A stretch of 64,000 bases of DNA, from NCBI GenBank assembly GCA_020638975.1, contig JACKHN010000020.1, forward strand, positions 1 to 64,000, written 5' to 3'. The position numbers and the translations under genes are program-made. The DNA comes from Planctomycetaceae bacterium. GTDB taxonomy: Bacteria; Planctomycetota; Planctomycetia; Pirellulales; Pirellulaceae. Below, piece after piece: positions 10,283 to 20,753 of this stretch. Numbering within the stretch: position 1 is the stretch's first letter; each line of letters opens with the position of its first letter. A model generated the notes under the pieces. That model was given only the letters and a program-made list of their open reading frames with translations. It did no database searches and was not told where the DNA came from.

Positions 10283-10560
10283 ACGATTTGACTCAAAGTA
10301 ATAGGTAGCACGTTGGCTTAGGCAATTGCTATACCAATCGGCCAGCTACCCCAGTTTTGCGAATTTGCATCGAACTTCGAGCCGGTCATTCTTGAGAGTG
10401 CAGGCGATCCGCTGCGGTCGACCGCAGGTTACCATAGACAACTGCTGAGGTGGAGCCACCTCGGATGGCATCGATAGAAAGATTCTCGGCGGGATGCTGT
10501 AGGCTCGCCAAATTCGATATGTTTGGTGATCGCAAGCTTGCAGAATCTTTAGGAAACTCA

Positions 10561-11832
10561 ATGATGACTCGTCTGATCCTCGCTTTCGCAGTGTTTAGTT
10601 TGACTGCCGCAACCTGTCGCGCCGAACTGCAAATCCCAGGAGCGACCGCATATCTGCAGCCGGACGCTGGTGGCGCTCGCGTTTTGCCCGACCAAGGAAT
10701 TGCGAGCTGGAAGGATCCTGCTACGACAGTGAAGTGGTTTGGCGAGCTGAAGCATGTGGGAACGCTTCGAGCCTCTGTGACCCTGCAAATTGAGAGCGGT
10801 AAGAAATCGCGACTGCGGTTGACCGTCGAAGGCCGAGCAAACGAAGTGGAAGTCCAAGCAAATGGCAACGACACGCTGACTGCCGACTTCGGAGAGTTTG
10901 AAATCCGTGAGGCCGGCTATCATGCCTTCCAACTTCAATCGCTAAATGAGCCGGGTGAAGACGCTGGGACGATCGTGGCGTTGATCTTGGATGGCGAACC
11001 GATAAAAAACGCTCACTTCAATCTGAAGCCGCGCCGCAACGCCGCTTCGGTTCACTTGATGTATCCCGTACCCCGCGACGTTGATGTTTCGGCGTTCTAT
11101 TGTGAGATGACCGGTGTGGAAGAGCCGCTGTGGACCTACTACATGGCGTGCGGTTGGCATCGCGGCTACTTTGGCATGCAAGTCAACAGCGAGACCGAAC
11201 GGCGAATCATCTTTAGCGTTTGGGATAGCGGAGGCGAGGCGGTTGACCGCAACAAAGTGGCTGACGTTGATCGTGTAACGTTGGTCGCTAAAGGCGAAGA
11301 TGTTTACTCTGGCAGCTTTGGCAACGAAGGGACCGGCGGGCACAGCCATCTGAAGTTTCCGTGGAAGACCGGCGAGCGGCAACGGTTTCTTGTCACCGCT
11401 GAGCCCGTTGACGACACACACACTGTATTTGCGGGCTATTACTTCCGACCTGATAAGAGCGAGTGGATGCTGATTTCGAGTTGGAAGGCACCGAAGGAAG
11501 GGAAGTATCTGCGCGGCTTGTACAGCTTCAGCGAAAATTTTATTGGGCGCAATGGCGATGTCGTACGCAAAGCACTTTACGGGAATCAATGGATACGCAC
11601 CACTGACGGCGAGTGGCTAGAACTGACGACTGCCAAGTTCAGTCACGACGCAACCGGCAAGGAAGATCGGCTCGATCGGTTTATGGGCGTCGAAGATGGC
11701 GAGTTCTTCTTGTCGCACGGTGGGTTCATTCCCGGCTTTTCGAAGTACGGAACGTCGTTCAGCCGGCCTGCCAGCGGTCGGTCGCCGGCAACGATGGAGT
11801 TGCCGCCGTTGCCAAATCCTAGCAGCAAGTAG
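10561..11832 (+). CDS. Secreted protein, DUF3472/DUF5077-like
   Basis: Start trimmed to MMTRLILAFAVFSLTAATCRA with an AGGAAA Shine-Dalgarno 7 nt upstream. The C-terminal region (GWHRGYFGMQVN...FSVWDSGGE...GTGGHSHLKFPW...FAGYYFRPD) resembles the DUF3472 fold. Confidence 0.55.
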   Translation: MMTRLILAFAVFSLTAATCRAELQIPGATAYLQPDAGGARVLPDQGIASWKDPATTVKWFGELKHVGTLRASVTLQIESGKKSRLRLTVEGRANEVEVQANGNDTLTADFGEFEIREAGYHAFQLQSLNEPGEDAGTIVALILDGEPIKNAHFNLKPRRNAASVHLMYPVPRDVDVSAFYCEMTGVEEPLWTYYMACGWHRGYFGMQVNSETERRIIFSVWDSGGEAVDRNKVADVDRVTLVAKGEDVYSGSFGNEGTGGHSHLKFPWKTGERQRFLVTAEPVDDTHTVFAGYYFRPDKSEWMLISSWKAPKEGKYLRGLYSFSENFIGRNGDVVRKALYGNQWIRTTDGEWLELTTAKFSHDATGKEDRLDRFMGVEDGEFFLSHGGFIPGFSKYGTSFSRPASGRSPATMELPPLPNPSSK

Positions 11833-11881
11833 GTTGGGCTTCAGCCCGACAATAGCGTCGTTGGGCTAAAGCCCAACCTAC
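11830..11881. terminator. Long inverted repeat / terminator-like hairpin between DUF3472-like gene and tex
   Basis: gtaggttgggct...agcccaacctac forms 12-bp perfect arms around a ~27-nt structured spacer, immediately after the stop at 11832. Confidence 0.45.
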
Positions 11882-11905
11882 GACAGATCAAGGAGCTTTG
11901 AGTTC

Positions 11906-14083
11906 ATGGATGGTACATTTGAGTGCTTCCACCTGGAGCAGGTAACCCAGCAGATCAGTGCCACGCTCAGTGTTGCTCCCGCGCAAGTCCGCTCGGCGAT
12001 CGAACTGCTCGATGCAGGCAACACCTTGCCGTTCATTGCCCGCTATCGCAAAGAGGCGACCAAAGGACTCGACGAGTTGGCCTTGCGAGCGATCGAGGAT
12101 GCGTTGGCGAAGGCTCGCGAGTTGGCTCAGCGTAAGACGACGATCCTGAAAACGATTCACGAGCAAGGACTGCTCACTCCGGAACTTCGACGACAGATCG
12201 AAGACTGCCCTGACAAGAAGACGCTCGAAGACATCTACCTCCCCTACAAGCCAAAGCGTCGCACGAAGGCGACGATTGCTCGCGAGCGCGGCTTGCAGCC
12301 GTTGGCCGATCTGCTGCTCGCTCAGCAACCGCTTAATCGGTCTCGAAGCGACATTGTGCGGCCTTATGTGTCGCTTGAAAACGAGGTGCCTGACGAAGCA
12401 AGTGCGTTGCAAGGTGCGTGCGACATCGTGGCCGAGGTGTGGTCCGAAGAGGCGGCCACGCGCAGTTGGCTGGCCGAACAAGCGGTTGGGTTCGGGCGAG
12501 TTGTTTCGAGCGTGAAACGGGGCAAGAAGGAAGAGGGCAGCAAGTTTGAGATGTACTTTGAACACGGCGAGCCCGTGAAGCGAATCCCCTCGCATCGCTT
12601 CCTGGCCATGAAACGTGGTGAAGCAGAAGGCGTGTTGCGAGTTGGCTTGGAGTTAGACGACGAGTTTACGTTGCGAAAGCTGAAGCAGCGACTGGCTCAC
12701 AATTCGCGATTCGAGTTCCATCGCGACCTGCTGACGACCGTCGAGGATTGCTACAAGCGACTGCTGCACCCTGCCGCGGAATCCGCAATCCTGCAGGAGT
12801 TGAAAGAGAAGGCCGACGAGGAAGCGATCAGTGTCTTCGCCAGCAACCTGCGGGAACTTCTTCTTGCGGCACCGGCTGGCCCCAAGGTAACGATTGGGCT
12901 GGACCCTGGCTTCCGAACCGGCTGCAAAGTGGCGGTCGTTGATTCCACGGGCAAATTCCTAGCCAACACGACGATTTACCCGACGCCGCCTCGCAACGAT
13001 ATCGAAGGTGCGACGAAGACACTTCGTGAATTGATCGCAAAGTATAAAGTCGAGCTGATCGCGATTGGCAATGGCACGGCGTCGCGTGAAACCGACGCCT
13101 TCGTGTCCGAGTTGCTGAAAGCCGATGGTTTGTCGGTCACGAAGGTCATGGTCAGCGAGTCGGGTGCATCGATCTATTCGGCCAGCGAACTCGCAGCTCA
13201 CGAGTACCCGGATCTCGATTTGACCGTGCGTGGAGCCATTAGCATTGCGCATCGACTGCAAGATCCGTTGGCCGAACTCGTGAAGCTCGATCCGAAATCA
13301 ATCGGCGTTGGACAGTATCAGCACGATGTCAACCAAACGCTGCTCAAGAAGTCACTCGACCGTGAAGTTGAATCGTGCGTGAACTCGGTCGGAGTTGATC
13401 TGAACATGGCCAGCGCATCGCTGCTCACGCACGTAGCGGGCATCGGCCCGAAGCTGGCTGCTGGGATTGTCGAATATCGTGATGGACATGGCCGCTTCGA
13501 GACGCGCGGTCAACTTACGAAGGTCCCTAAGCTCGGCAAGAAGGCATTCGAACAAGCCGCCGGATTCCTCCGCATCCGCGAAGGGAAACAACCACTCGAC
13601 AACTCGGCGGTCCATCCCGAGAGCTATTACGTGGTCGAGAAGATGGCGGCGAAGTTAAACGCGACAACCAAGCAACTCGTCGGGAATGCGGCCTCGGTCG
13701 AGAAGTTGAGTGCCGCAGATTATGTTGATGATCAAGTCGGCCTGCCGACCGTGCAAGATATCCTAGCCGAGCTTGCCAAGCCGGGGCGCGATCCGCGCAG
13801 CGAGTTCAAGGTCGCAAAGTTCACCGAGGGCGTGAACGACCTAAAGGATCTCAAGGAAGGAATGGTCCTCGAAGGCGTGATTACGAACGTTACGCGATTC
13901 GGAGCCTTCGTCGATCTGGGCGTCCATCAAGACGGGCTCATTCATATCTCGCAGCTTTCAAACACCTTCGTACAGGACCCTAGCGAGGTCGTCGCCGTGG
14001 GAGACGTCGTGAAGGTGAAGGTGCTGGAAGTCGATCTGGACCGCAAGCGGATTGCAGTGTCACGCAAGCAGGTTGCGAATTGA
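11906..14083 (+). CDS. tex: Transcription accessory protein Tex (YqgF/RNase-H-like, HhH, S1 domains)
   Basis: N-terminal LPFIARYRKEATKGLDEL, a central YqgF/HhH region, and a C-terminal S1 domain (GMVLEGVITNVTRFGAFVDLGVHQDGLIHISQLS...VKVKVLEVDLDRKRI). An AAGGAG Shine-Dalgarno lies 10 nt upstream. Confidence 0.9.
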   Translation: MDGTFECFHLEQVTQQISATLSVAPAQVRSAIELLDAGNTLPFIARYRKEATKGLDELALRAIEDALAKARELAQRKTTILKTIHEQGLLTPELRRQIEDCPDKKTLEDIYLPYKPKRRTKATIARERGLQPLADLLLAQQPLNRSRSDIVRPYVSLENEVPDEASALQGACDIVAEVWSEEAATRSWLAEQAVGFGRVVSSVKRGKKEEGSKFEMYFEHGEPVKRIPSHRFLAMKRGEAEGVLRVGLELDDEFTLRKLKQRLAHNSRFEFHRDLLTTVEDCYKRLLHPAAESAILQELKEKADEEAISVFASNLRELLLAAPAGPKVTIGLDPGFRTGCKVAVVDSTGKFLANTTIYPTPPRNDIEGATKTLRELIAKYKVELIAIGNGTASRETDAFVSELLKADGLSVTKVMVSESGASIYSASELAAHEYPDLDLTVRGAISIAHRLQDPLAELVKLDPKSIGVGQYQHDVNQTLLKKSLDREVESCVNSVGVDLNMASASLLTHVAGIGPKLAAGIVEYRDGHGRFETRGQLTKVPKLGKKAFEQAAGFLRIREGKQPLDNSAVHPESYYVVEKMAAKLNATTKQLVGNAASVEKLSAADYVDDQVGLPTVQDILAELAKPGRDPRSEFKVAKFTEGVNDLKDLKEGMVLEGVITNVTRFGAFVDLGVHQDGLIHISQLSNTFVQDPSEVVAVGDVVKVKVLEVDLDRKRIAVSRKQVAN

Positions 14084-14106
14084 AAATTGCTGTGCGATTA
14101 CGTCGA

Positions 14107-14457
14107 CTAACGCAGGGGCAGAAAGACTACTTGGCTGCGTACTTCCTCGTCGTTGGCACAAGTTGCGATCAATTCCAAGTCCTCGACGATTTCGCCAATC
14201 CCCGCCCCTAGCTGGTGACAGTACGCAAGGCCAGCGAATACTCGGCCCTGGTGTTGCCACGCGGATGCTATGGCCAGTAAGTCTTCGTCCTGCGTAAACA
14301 GGATGCGTTCGAGTGCAGTCGCGCGAACTAGCAATACTTCGTCGTTCAACTGCCGTGTCCCGTCGTCTTGAGAAGTCAATACATCGATGCCGCGACGGCG
14401 CAGCCCCTCTGTGATAGCCGATGGCACGTGGACATCCATGTAGAAGTCGTGAGCCAT
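14107..14457 (-). CDS. DUF5615 (PIN-like) putative toxin of a DUF433/DUF5615 TA pair
   Basis: 116 aa, an MAHDFYMDVHVP...LLVRATALERILFTQDED pattern typical of DUF5615. It is immediately downstream of the DUF433 gene with a 1-nt gap. Confidence 0.65.
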   Translation of the reverse strand: MAHDFYMDVHVPSAITEGLRRRGIDVLTSQDDGTRQLNDEVLLVRATALERILFTQDEDLLAIASAWQHQGRVFAGLAYCHQLGAGIGEIVEDLELIATCANDEEVRSQVVFLPLR

Positions 14458-14458
14458 T

Positions 14459-14773
14459 TCATGTGCCTTGCGAGGCTTTGCGCTTTAGCAATTCGTCTCG
14501 GGAGAAGTGTCGGGCCGGTCGAATGGATTCCACGGCAGCCAATGACTGCTTCATCTCGGCTACCATGTCCGCGTGGTGGTCATAAAAATAGGTCAACGCT
14601 GAATAGACTTCTTCTGGTCGCAGGTCGGAGTGCTGGCGAAGCAGCTCTTCCGCGCTCCAGCCGTGCTGATAGTGCTCGGCCGCGAGCTGAACTACCTTGT
14701 AACGGGTCTCGCCGACCCGCGTCTGTCCATGCTCGTCGATCGTCAGATGGGGATAAACCGTGTTCATACTCAT
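14459..14773 (-). CDS. DUF433 domain protein (putative antitoxin)
   Basis: TIDEHGQTRVGETRYKVVQLAAEHYQHGWSAEELLRQHSDLRPEEVYSALTYF matches the DUF433 consensus. I trimmed the start to MSMNT because the track ORF begins with TTG. Confidence 0.6.
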   Translation of the reverse strand: MSMNTVYPHLTIDEHGQTRVGETRYKVVQLAAEHYQHGWSAEELLRQHSDLRPEEVYSALTYFYDHHADMVAEMKQSLAAVESIRPARHFSRDELLKRKASQGT

Positions 14774-15061
14774 TGAGTTGGGCCCTATCATCCAGGATTT
14801 AAGACGCCACGAGTGTTTCACTGGCAAGGTCTATCTTACCGCCACGCGACGAATTGTTCCAACTCCAGCTTCGAAGCGTCATTGGAAGCACGTTGGTTTC
14901 AAGGTCGTGGTCGGGATGAGGAATTGCGGAGTTAACTGCCGGTTCTCGCATCGCGTTAGTCGGTTGATTAGACTGTCGCGAATGAATCGGGAGAGTTCGT
15001 TGCACTTTTATTCTGCTGTCTAATGCCAAATTTGTTTGCGTCACCCATCGGAACAACAATT

Positions 15062-16582
15062 ATGTCTTTACACCATTTCGGTCTCCGATCGCTTCTTCGA
15101 TATTCGTTTGTCGCACTTGTTGCCATCCAATTCGCTGGCCTTCGAGTGGAACAGGTTGAATCGGCCGAATCGCGTCCCAACGTGTTGTTCATCATTTCGG
15201 ACGATTTGAATAACTCGCTTGGCTGCTATGGGCATCCTCAAGTCAAATCGCCAAACATCGACAGCTTGGCGGATCGCGGTGTGCGGTTCGAGCGGAGCTA
15301 CTGCCAGTTCCCACTGTGCGGGCCGAGTCGCAACTCGATGCTGACGGGACTTTATCCGAACAGCACGGGCATCCTGCAGAACAGCCAAATTTTCCGGCAA
15401 ACGATTCCCGAGCAACTCAGCTTGCCACATGCGTTTCGCCGTGCCGGTTACTTCGCGGCTCGGATCGGCAAACTGTATCACTACAACGTACCCAAATCCG
15501 TAGGAACTAACGGGCACGACGATCCTGGCTCGTGGGAGTTGGAATTGAATCCGGCCGGTTGCGACCGGTTGCTCGAAGAAGGAGATATCTTCTCCTTGCG
15601 AAAAGACAATTTCGGTGGGACGCTCAGTTGGTATGCCTCGCCGCGAGGGGACCTACTGCATACCGATGGGATGCTCGCAAGCGATGCCGAATGGGTTTTG
15701 GAGCGTTGCGCGCGAGATAAGTCGCGACCATTCTTCCTGGCGGTCGGCTTTTATCGACCGCACACGCCCTACGTCGCGCCGGCACCGTACTTCGATGGAT
15801 ACCCGAAAGCCGACATGCCCTTGGTGCAGGGAGTCGAAGAAGACGTGAAGGACTTGCCTGCAGACGCCCTTGGCAGCCACAAGAAAGAGCACGACGACTT
15901 AACCGACGACCTGCGGCAGCAAGCGATCCAAGCCTACTTCGCGAGCATCTCGTTCATGGATGCCCAGGTTGGCCGTGTCCTGAACAAGCTGGACGAACTC
16001 GGACTCGCCGAGAACACGATCGTCGTGTTTACCAGCGATCACGGCTATCACCTTGGCGAACATGGCCTGTGGCAAAAGATGAGTTTGTTTGAGCAGAGCG
16101 CTCGTGTGCCGCTGATCATCGCCGCGCCGGGTGCCTCGAAGAATGGCGGTGTGGCGGCGACGCCCGTTGGACTGATCGACCTGTATCCGACGTTGACAAA
16201 GCTGTGCGGAGTCGAAGCCCCCAGCAATCTCCAAGGCCAGGACTTACGCCCGATCTTGATGGACCCGTCCACGGTCGGTCGAGGCTGGGCGATTAGTCAA
16301 GTGACTCGGGGCGGTCGCGGCAAGGGGACGTTTGGTTTCACGCTGCGAACGCCGCGTTGGCGTTATACGGAGTGGGATCAAGGTAACCGCGGACGCGAGT
16401 TGTACGACCACGAGACCGATCCGCTGGAGCAAACCAATCTGGCCGAAGTCGCTGAGCATGCGGAGCGCGTTGCTGAATTTTCGAACGCGTTGCAGGAAGC
16501 CGCTGCGAACACCTTGCCTGAATCGGGCGAGATCCCGACGATTCGCGAAGGTGTGTGGGCTCCGAACCTGACCGATCCTTAA
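15062..16582 (+). CDS. Cys-type sulfatase (arylsulfatase family), secreted
   Basis: CGPSR (CxPxR) formylglycine motif, plus SDDL and VVFTSDHGYHLGEHGLWQK sulfatase signatures. Start trimmed to signal peptide MSLHHFGLRSLLRYSFVALVAIQFA. Confidence 0.85.
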   Translation: MSLHHFGLRSLLRYSFVALVAIQFAGLRVEQVESAESRPNVLFIISDDLNNSLGCYGHPQVKSPNIDSLADRGVRFERSYCQFPLCGPSRNSMLTGLYPNSTGILQNSQIFRQTIPEQLSLPHAFRRAGYFAARIGKLYHYNVPKSVGTNGHDDPGSWELELNPAGCDRLLEEGDIFSLRKDNFGGTLSWYASPRGDLLHTDGMLASDAEWVLERCARDKSRPFFLAVGFYRPHTPYVAPAPYFDGYPKADMPLVQGVEEDVKDLPADALGSHKKEHDDLTDDLRQQAIQAYFASISFMDAQVGRVLNKLDELGLAENTIVVFTSDHGYHLGEHGLWQKMSLFEQSARVPLIIAAPGASKNGGVAATPVGLIDLYPTLTKLCGVEAPSNLQGQDLRPILMDPSTVGRGWAISQVTRGGRGKGTFGFTLRTPRWRYTEWDQGNRGRELYDHETDPLEQTNLAEVAEHAERVAEFSNALQEAAANTLPESGEIPTIREGVWAPNLTDP

Positions 16583-16607
16583 CCTCTCGGTCTCTTACGC
16601 GCATCTT

Positions 16608-16678
16608 TGTAGGATGGACGCTCTCGTCCGTCCATGTTTATTCGTGGTGGCCGGACGGACGAGAGCGTCCATCCTACA
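16608..16678. repeat. Long perfect inverted repeat (26-nt arms) between convergent genes; REP-like, GGACGGACG family
   Basis: tgtaggatggacgctctcgtccgtcc...ggacggacgagagcgtccatcctaca is an exact reverse complement with a 19-nt loop. It lies between the sulfatase stop (16582) and the SGL gene stop (16683), so it is a likely bidirectional terminator. The core motif is shared with the palindromes at 3503-3560. Confidence 0.7.
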
Positions 16679-16682
16679 TTCG

Positions 16683-17576
16683 TCAACGCGCATCGGAATT
16701 AGACGGTCGTTGTGCTGCGAGGCCTGAAGTGGTCATTCGCTGGCGATATAGGCCGCCGAATCCTGTGATGTACAGCGACCGCAGGTCGGCATCACCGAAA
16801 GTGCAGTTAATGGGGCGAGTCGGCGTTTCGATCTTGTCTAGCAACTTGCCGCTGGGACTCCAGATCCATATGTGGGCTGGACCAGCACAATAAACATTCC
16901 CTGCTCGATCGATCGCCATGCCGTCGGCACCTTTGTCCGGCCCGGCATCCATCTCGGCGAACTGTCGGCCGTTGACCGTTTTTCCATCTGCCGCGACGTC
17001 ATACGCCCAGATCTGTTTCGGAACATAGGCTGAGACATAGAGCGTTTGCTCGTCGGGTGAGAGGATCAACCCATTGGGTGTCGCGATTCCTTCGACGGCG
17101 ACGATTTGCTGGCCAGCAGGCGTGATGTAAACGACTTGGCCTTGTCCCGTCAGCGTATAGTATACGCCGCCTTGGCTATCAACTACCAAGTCGTTCGGGC
17201 GGATCGGCGGCTTGGCATCAACGTCATGACCAGCGATCGTGATCTTCTTCTGGCCATCAAGTTGAGCGATGAGGCTGTTGCCATTGTCAGAAAGGAACAG
17301 CTTTCCGTGGCTGTAATACGTGGCGCTGATCCGACCCGCGTTCTCAAGGACCACTTCCACTTGCTTCTTGGCCGGCAGGTATCGATAAAGTTTCTCACCT
17401 TTCACATCCGGGAAGTATAGAACCGCGTTTCCATCCCACGCTGGACCGTCGGCAAGACCGAACTCGGTTGCGATTGTCTCCAACTCAGATGCTGAATCAA
17501 CAGGGCTTTCGGCGACTGCGCAAGGCGAAGCAACCAGTAAGAACAAAGTGAACTCAAGCAAATCGTGGCGACGCAT
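16683..17576 (-). CDS. SMP-30/gluconolactonase/LRE-like beta-propeller protein, secreted
   Basis: PNGLILSPDEQTLYVS and GGVYYT motifs match the SGL family. Start trimmed to signal peptide MRRHDLLEFTLFLLVASPCAVA. Confidence 0.75.
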   Translation of the reverse strand: MRRHDLLEFTLFLLVASPCAVAESPVDSASELETIATEFGLADGPAWDGNAVLYFPDVKGEKLYRYLPAKKQVEVVLENAGRISATYYSHGKLFLSDNGNSLIAQLDGQKKITIAGHDVDAKPPIRPNDLVVDSQGGVYYTLTGQGQVVYITPAGQQIVAVEGIATPNGLILSPDEQTLYVSAYVPKQIWAYDVAADGKTVNGRQFAEMDAGPDKGADGMAIDRAGNVYCAGPAHIWIWSPSGKLLDKIETPTRPINCTFGDADLRSLYITGFGGLYRQRMTTSGLAAQRPSNSDAR

Positions 17577-17705
17577 AGGAATCTCTCGAGGGGCAATAGG
17601 TCGAAATGACATCAATCGATGCAACGGTGTCGGCGATCAGTTTCCGTCGATATGATAGCTGGCATCTTTCCGACAAACGACTAGCCCTCACGACGACTCG
17701 CGAAA

Positions 17706-18494
17706 ATGTACTACCGCCGATTCGCCCGCGATTTCATCTTCTCCGTGTCATCGATCCTGTTGCTCGCTGTCGTCGTTCTGGTCAGCGAGCTCCTAAAACC
17801 TCCGGTCGCCAAAACGATCACGGCCTCTGAACACAAAGCGACAATTCGCAGTTGGGAGTATGTAGACGGTTTCCCAGAGCGGATTGCCGTGTTTCAGACC
17901 GTGTTCTGGGAGCCCCGCGACACGAATAGTATGCGGGAGATGATCGAGACGACAGATTTAGTACGCGGTAAGAGAGTACTCGAAATCGGAACGGGCTCCG
18001 GGCTCGTTTCACTCTGCTGTCTTCGCGCGGGAGCGACCAAGGTGGTCGCGACGGATGTGAATCCCCATGCCATCGAGAATGCACGCTACAACGCGGACGT
18101 CTTGGGAGTTGCCGAAAGGCTCGAGGCTAAGCTAGTACCAACGAACGAACCGAACGCATATGAAGTTCTCGGGCCCGACGAAAAGTTCGATGTGATCCTT
18201 TCGAACCCACCCTGGGAAAACGCCAAACCCCGCACGATCGACGAATACGCACTATATGACCGCGACTTTCAACTGCTGGGCTCGATCTTGCATGGAGCAA
18301 GGTCGCGTCTGAATCCAGGCGGGCGGTTGTTGCTCGCATACGGTTGTCGCGACGCAATCAAAGTCCTCGAAGCGCTTTCGACCGACGCTAAACTTAGCAC
18401 CAAACGACTCGATCCAAGGTCGCTGGATGCCCTGCCCGATTTGTTCCTTCCAGGAATGCTGGTAGAGGTGCTTCCTCAGACGGGGAAGTTTTGA
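17706..18494 (+). CDS. Class I SAM-dependent methyltransferase (MTS/HemK-like, NPPW motif) with N-terminal TM
   Basis: VLEIGTGSGLVSL (motif I), a DVNPHAIE acidic loop, and ILSNPPW (motif IV). An N-terminal hydrophobic helix is present. Confidence 0.75.
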   Translation: MYYRRFARDFIFSVSSILLLAVVVLVSELLKPPVAKTITASEHKATIRSWEYVDGFPERIAVFQTVFWEPRDTNSMREMIETTDLVRGKRVLEIGTGSGLVSLCCLRAGATKVVATDVNPHAIENARYNADVLGVAERLEAKLVPTNEPNAYEVLGPDEKFDVILSNPPWENAKPRTIDEYALYDRDFQLLGSILHGARSRLNPGGRLLLAYGCRDAIKVLEALSTDAKLSTKRLDPRSLDALPDLFLPGMLVEVLPQTGKF

Positions 18495-18875
18495 CTCGAA
18501 CGGACGCAATTCATATTACAAAGTTGAAATCTTCCCTCGGTTAACGCTTGCGGGAATCGGGAGGCTCCGATTATAATCTCCCTAAGCTGTACACTTGTCA
18601 CGACCGCCCATTTTGGAACATGAGCCCGGAGAATAAGAGGCACTAGAGACTCAGGAACAGAGAGTTCTCTTCTTCCCCCTTCTTCAACGTTGCTTCTGGC
18701 TGCTAATACGAGCGACCTATCAGTGCGCGGCTGTGTTTTCTGGTGCGTTTGTATGCCGGTTCGTGGCGTCCGAACAAATTGCTCGTCGTTAAGATGAGTC
18801 ATATCTGTTTGTGATACCAATGAGAACGTTGTGTAATTTGAGTCTCTGACACTTATTTTATTGGGAGGAATTGCT

Positions 18876-19901
18876 ATGACTCGTAGCAAGCAACGCCAGG
18901 GCTTTACGCTGGTAGAACTGTTGGTCGTAATCGCGATTATTGGGATTTTGGTGGCATTGCTATTGCCGGCCGTTCAGGCCGCCCGTGAAGCTGCTCGCCG
19001 CATGCAGTGCAGCAACGCATTGAAGCAGCTAGCGCTGGCTTGTCACAACTACCATGACACCTTCAAGTCGTTTCCATCGGGCTACTTGGTGAAGCGCGTG
19101 CCTAATACACCCACCGGTGCTATTCAGACGACCAACGCGTATTGGTCTTGGGGCGCATTGGTTGGCCGATTCATCGAGGGGAACGCGCAAGTAGATACGA
19201 TGAACATTGGGAGTACCTGGCTAGACAACGCTACGTCAACCGACGCACTTGGGTTGCACGCTGGGGCGGCTGGCGCGCAGACGGACATCTTGATTACACG
19301 AAACGCGACGTACCGTTGTCCATCAGATGTCGGGCCAGATACGAACACGTTCCGCCAACTCAACAGCACTGCGGCGATCTCGACAGCCACCTCAAACTAT
19401 GTTGCGGCAAATTCGGCTCTCGACATCTCGTACAATGGTGGTGCCTCGAATGCGAAAGGATTATTCCGTCAGGATGAGGCGTTGTCCTTCCGAGATATGA
19501 TCGACGGCAGCAGCAACGTAATCGCACTGGGAGAGCGTCGCTGGCAGAGCAAGACGACCGCAGGCATCCAAACCATCGGTGCCGCGAATGTTTGGGGAAT
19601 TCGGGATCTGGGAAGTGTAACGTTGGCGAACAGCGACATCCTCGGCGACGTACTTGGAGCCAGCACTTGCTCGATCAACAACAATGCCCCTGACGCTACA
19701 TCGACCCGTAAACGGCGAGGTTTCTCGAGCCAGCATCCCGGTGGAGCGCAATTTGCACTCGCGGACGGAAGCGTTCGATTTATTAGCGAGACGATTGAAA
19801 CCGATTTCGACGCGAATGGCAGCAATACGTCCGGTGATGTCGACACTACGTTCGAGTACTTGATGGCGATTCAGGACGGGAACCCCGTGGGCGATTACTA
19901 A
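18876..19901 (+). CDS. DUF1559 / prepilin-type N-terminal cleavage-methylation domain protein (Planctomycete HxxG family)
   Basis: [55 protein letters not shown] is the canonical pseudopilin N-terminus. A GGGAGG Shine-Dalgarno lies 6-13 nt upstream of ATG 18876. The track ORF starts with TTG at 18861. Confidence 0.85.
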   Translation: MTRSKQRQGFTLVELLVVIAIIGILVALLLPAVQAAREAARRMQCSNALKQLALACHNYHDTFKSFPSGYLVKRVPNTPTGAIQTTNAYWSWGALVGRFIEGNAQVDTMNIGSTWLDNATSTDALGLHAGAAGAQTDILITRNATYRCPSDVGPDTNTFRQLNSTAAISTATSNYVAANSALDISYNGGASNAKGLFRQDEALSFRDMIDGSSNVIALGERRWQSKTTAGIQTIGAANVWGIRDLGSVTLANSDILGDVLGASTCSINNNAPDATSTRKRRGFSSQHPGGAQFALADGSVRFISETIETDFDANGSNTSGDVDTTFEYLMAIQDGNPVGDY

Positions 19902-20094
19902 GCCAGCGCAATCCGACAAGTAAACCTGTAACCCCCGAACGGGATGGTCCCTGACCATCCCGTTCTTCATTTCGAAGGAGAATCAAGTCGGTTGGTTTGC
20001 GTCCACTCCTTCAGGGGTGATGTATACTGCAAGAGTCTTCATGCTCGGCATTCGTTGCCTATCCCTTCCAATTACTTACGTTGCGACGGCGATC

Positions 20095-20700
20095 ATGAAT
20101 TTAAACCCCTATGCCTCACCGCTGCAGGTGCCGATTGAAACGGCAGTACTGGTTACGCCGGATAGGAGCTCGCGTCGACTACGAGCGTTGGGGCGATGGA
20201 CACTGATCTGCGGCATCAGCGCCGCACCCAGCTTTTTCTGGGGGTGTGCGCTTCATCGCGAGTTCGCACACGTTGTGGGCATGATCTGCGGAATACTTGT
20301 CTTCGTGATCGGATATACCGTCGTTGAATGTACCCACTACTATCAACAAGTCATCACGCGTCCTCACATCCACCGCACGGCACTAATCGGCTACGGGACG
20401 AGGATTCTCGTCTCCGTGATCTTTCCCGTTGGCCTGGCGATTGACATGATGACCGGAATGGTTAGCGTTGCCATCGTCGAGAATACTTGGCCGACCGATT
20501 CACTCGAATTCTCCGAGATGAGTGCCGCCGCGTCAGCGTTCGCCGTTTTCCTAACCACGATCGTCCAAGGAGTTCTGCTGAACATCGTGCTCTTCGGATA
20601 CATGCTCGGAGTGTACGGATCACTCCGCGTGCTGGCACGCGTTCGCCAGAGGCTGCGAGAGCGGAAAGATAACGTCGCTGAACTCCAGCAACTCTATTGA
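20095..20700 (+). CDS. Hypothetical polytopic membrane protein with N-terminal NPY motif
   Basis: Four or five hydrophobic helices. I chose start MNLNPYASP by analogy with MSSNPYENPYQP at 48935. An alternative upstream start is at 20017. Confidence 0.4.
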   Translation: MNLNPYASPLQVPIETAVLVTPDRSSRRLRALGRWTLICGISAAPSFFWGCALHREFAHVVGMICGILVFVIGYTVVECTHYYQQVITRPHIHRTALIGYGTRILVSVIFPVGLAIDMMTGMVSVAIVENTWPTDSLEFSEMSAAASAFAVFLTTIVQGVLLNIVLFGYMLGVYGSLRVLARVRQRLRERKDNVAELQQLY

Positions 20701-20753
20701 GGCCACCCCAGCTCGCACCGACTGCCCTCGAATTGCCTCAGGCGGATACTCAA

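Noticed and set aside
11888-12595. 235-aa minus-strand ORF
   Set aside because: It is antisense to tex.
18495-18875. Possible small RNA or promoter elements (TTGAAA, TATAAT, TTGTGA-N19-TAATTT) in the 380-bp gap upstream of the DUF1559 gene
   Set aside because: The spacing of the sigma70-like hexamers is non-canonical and Planctomycete promoter consensus is not established. There is no convincing structure, so it is not reported as a feature.
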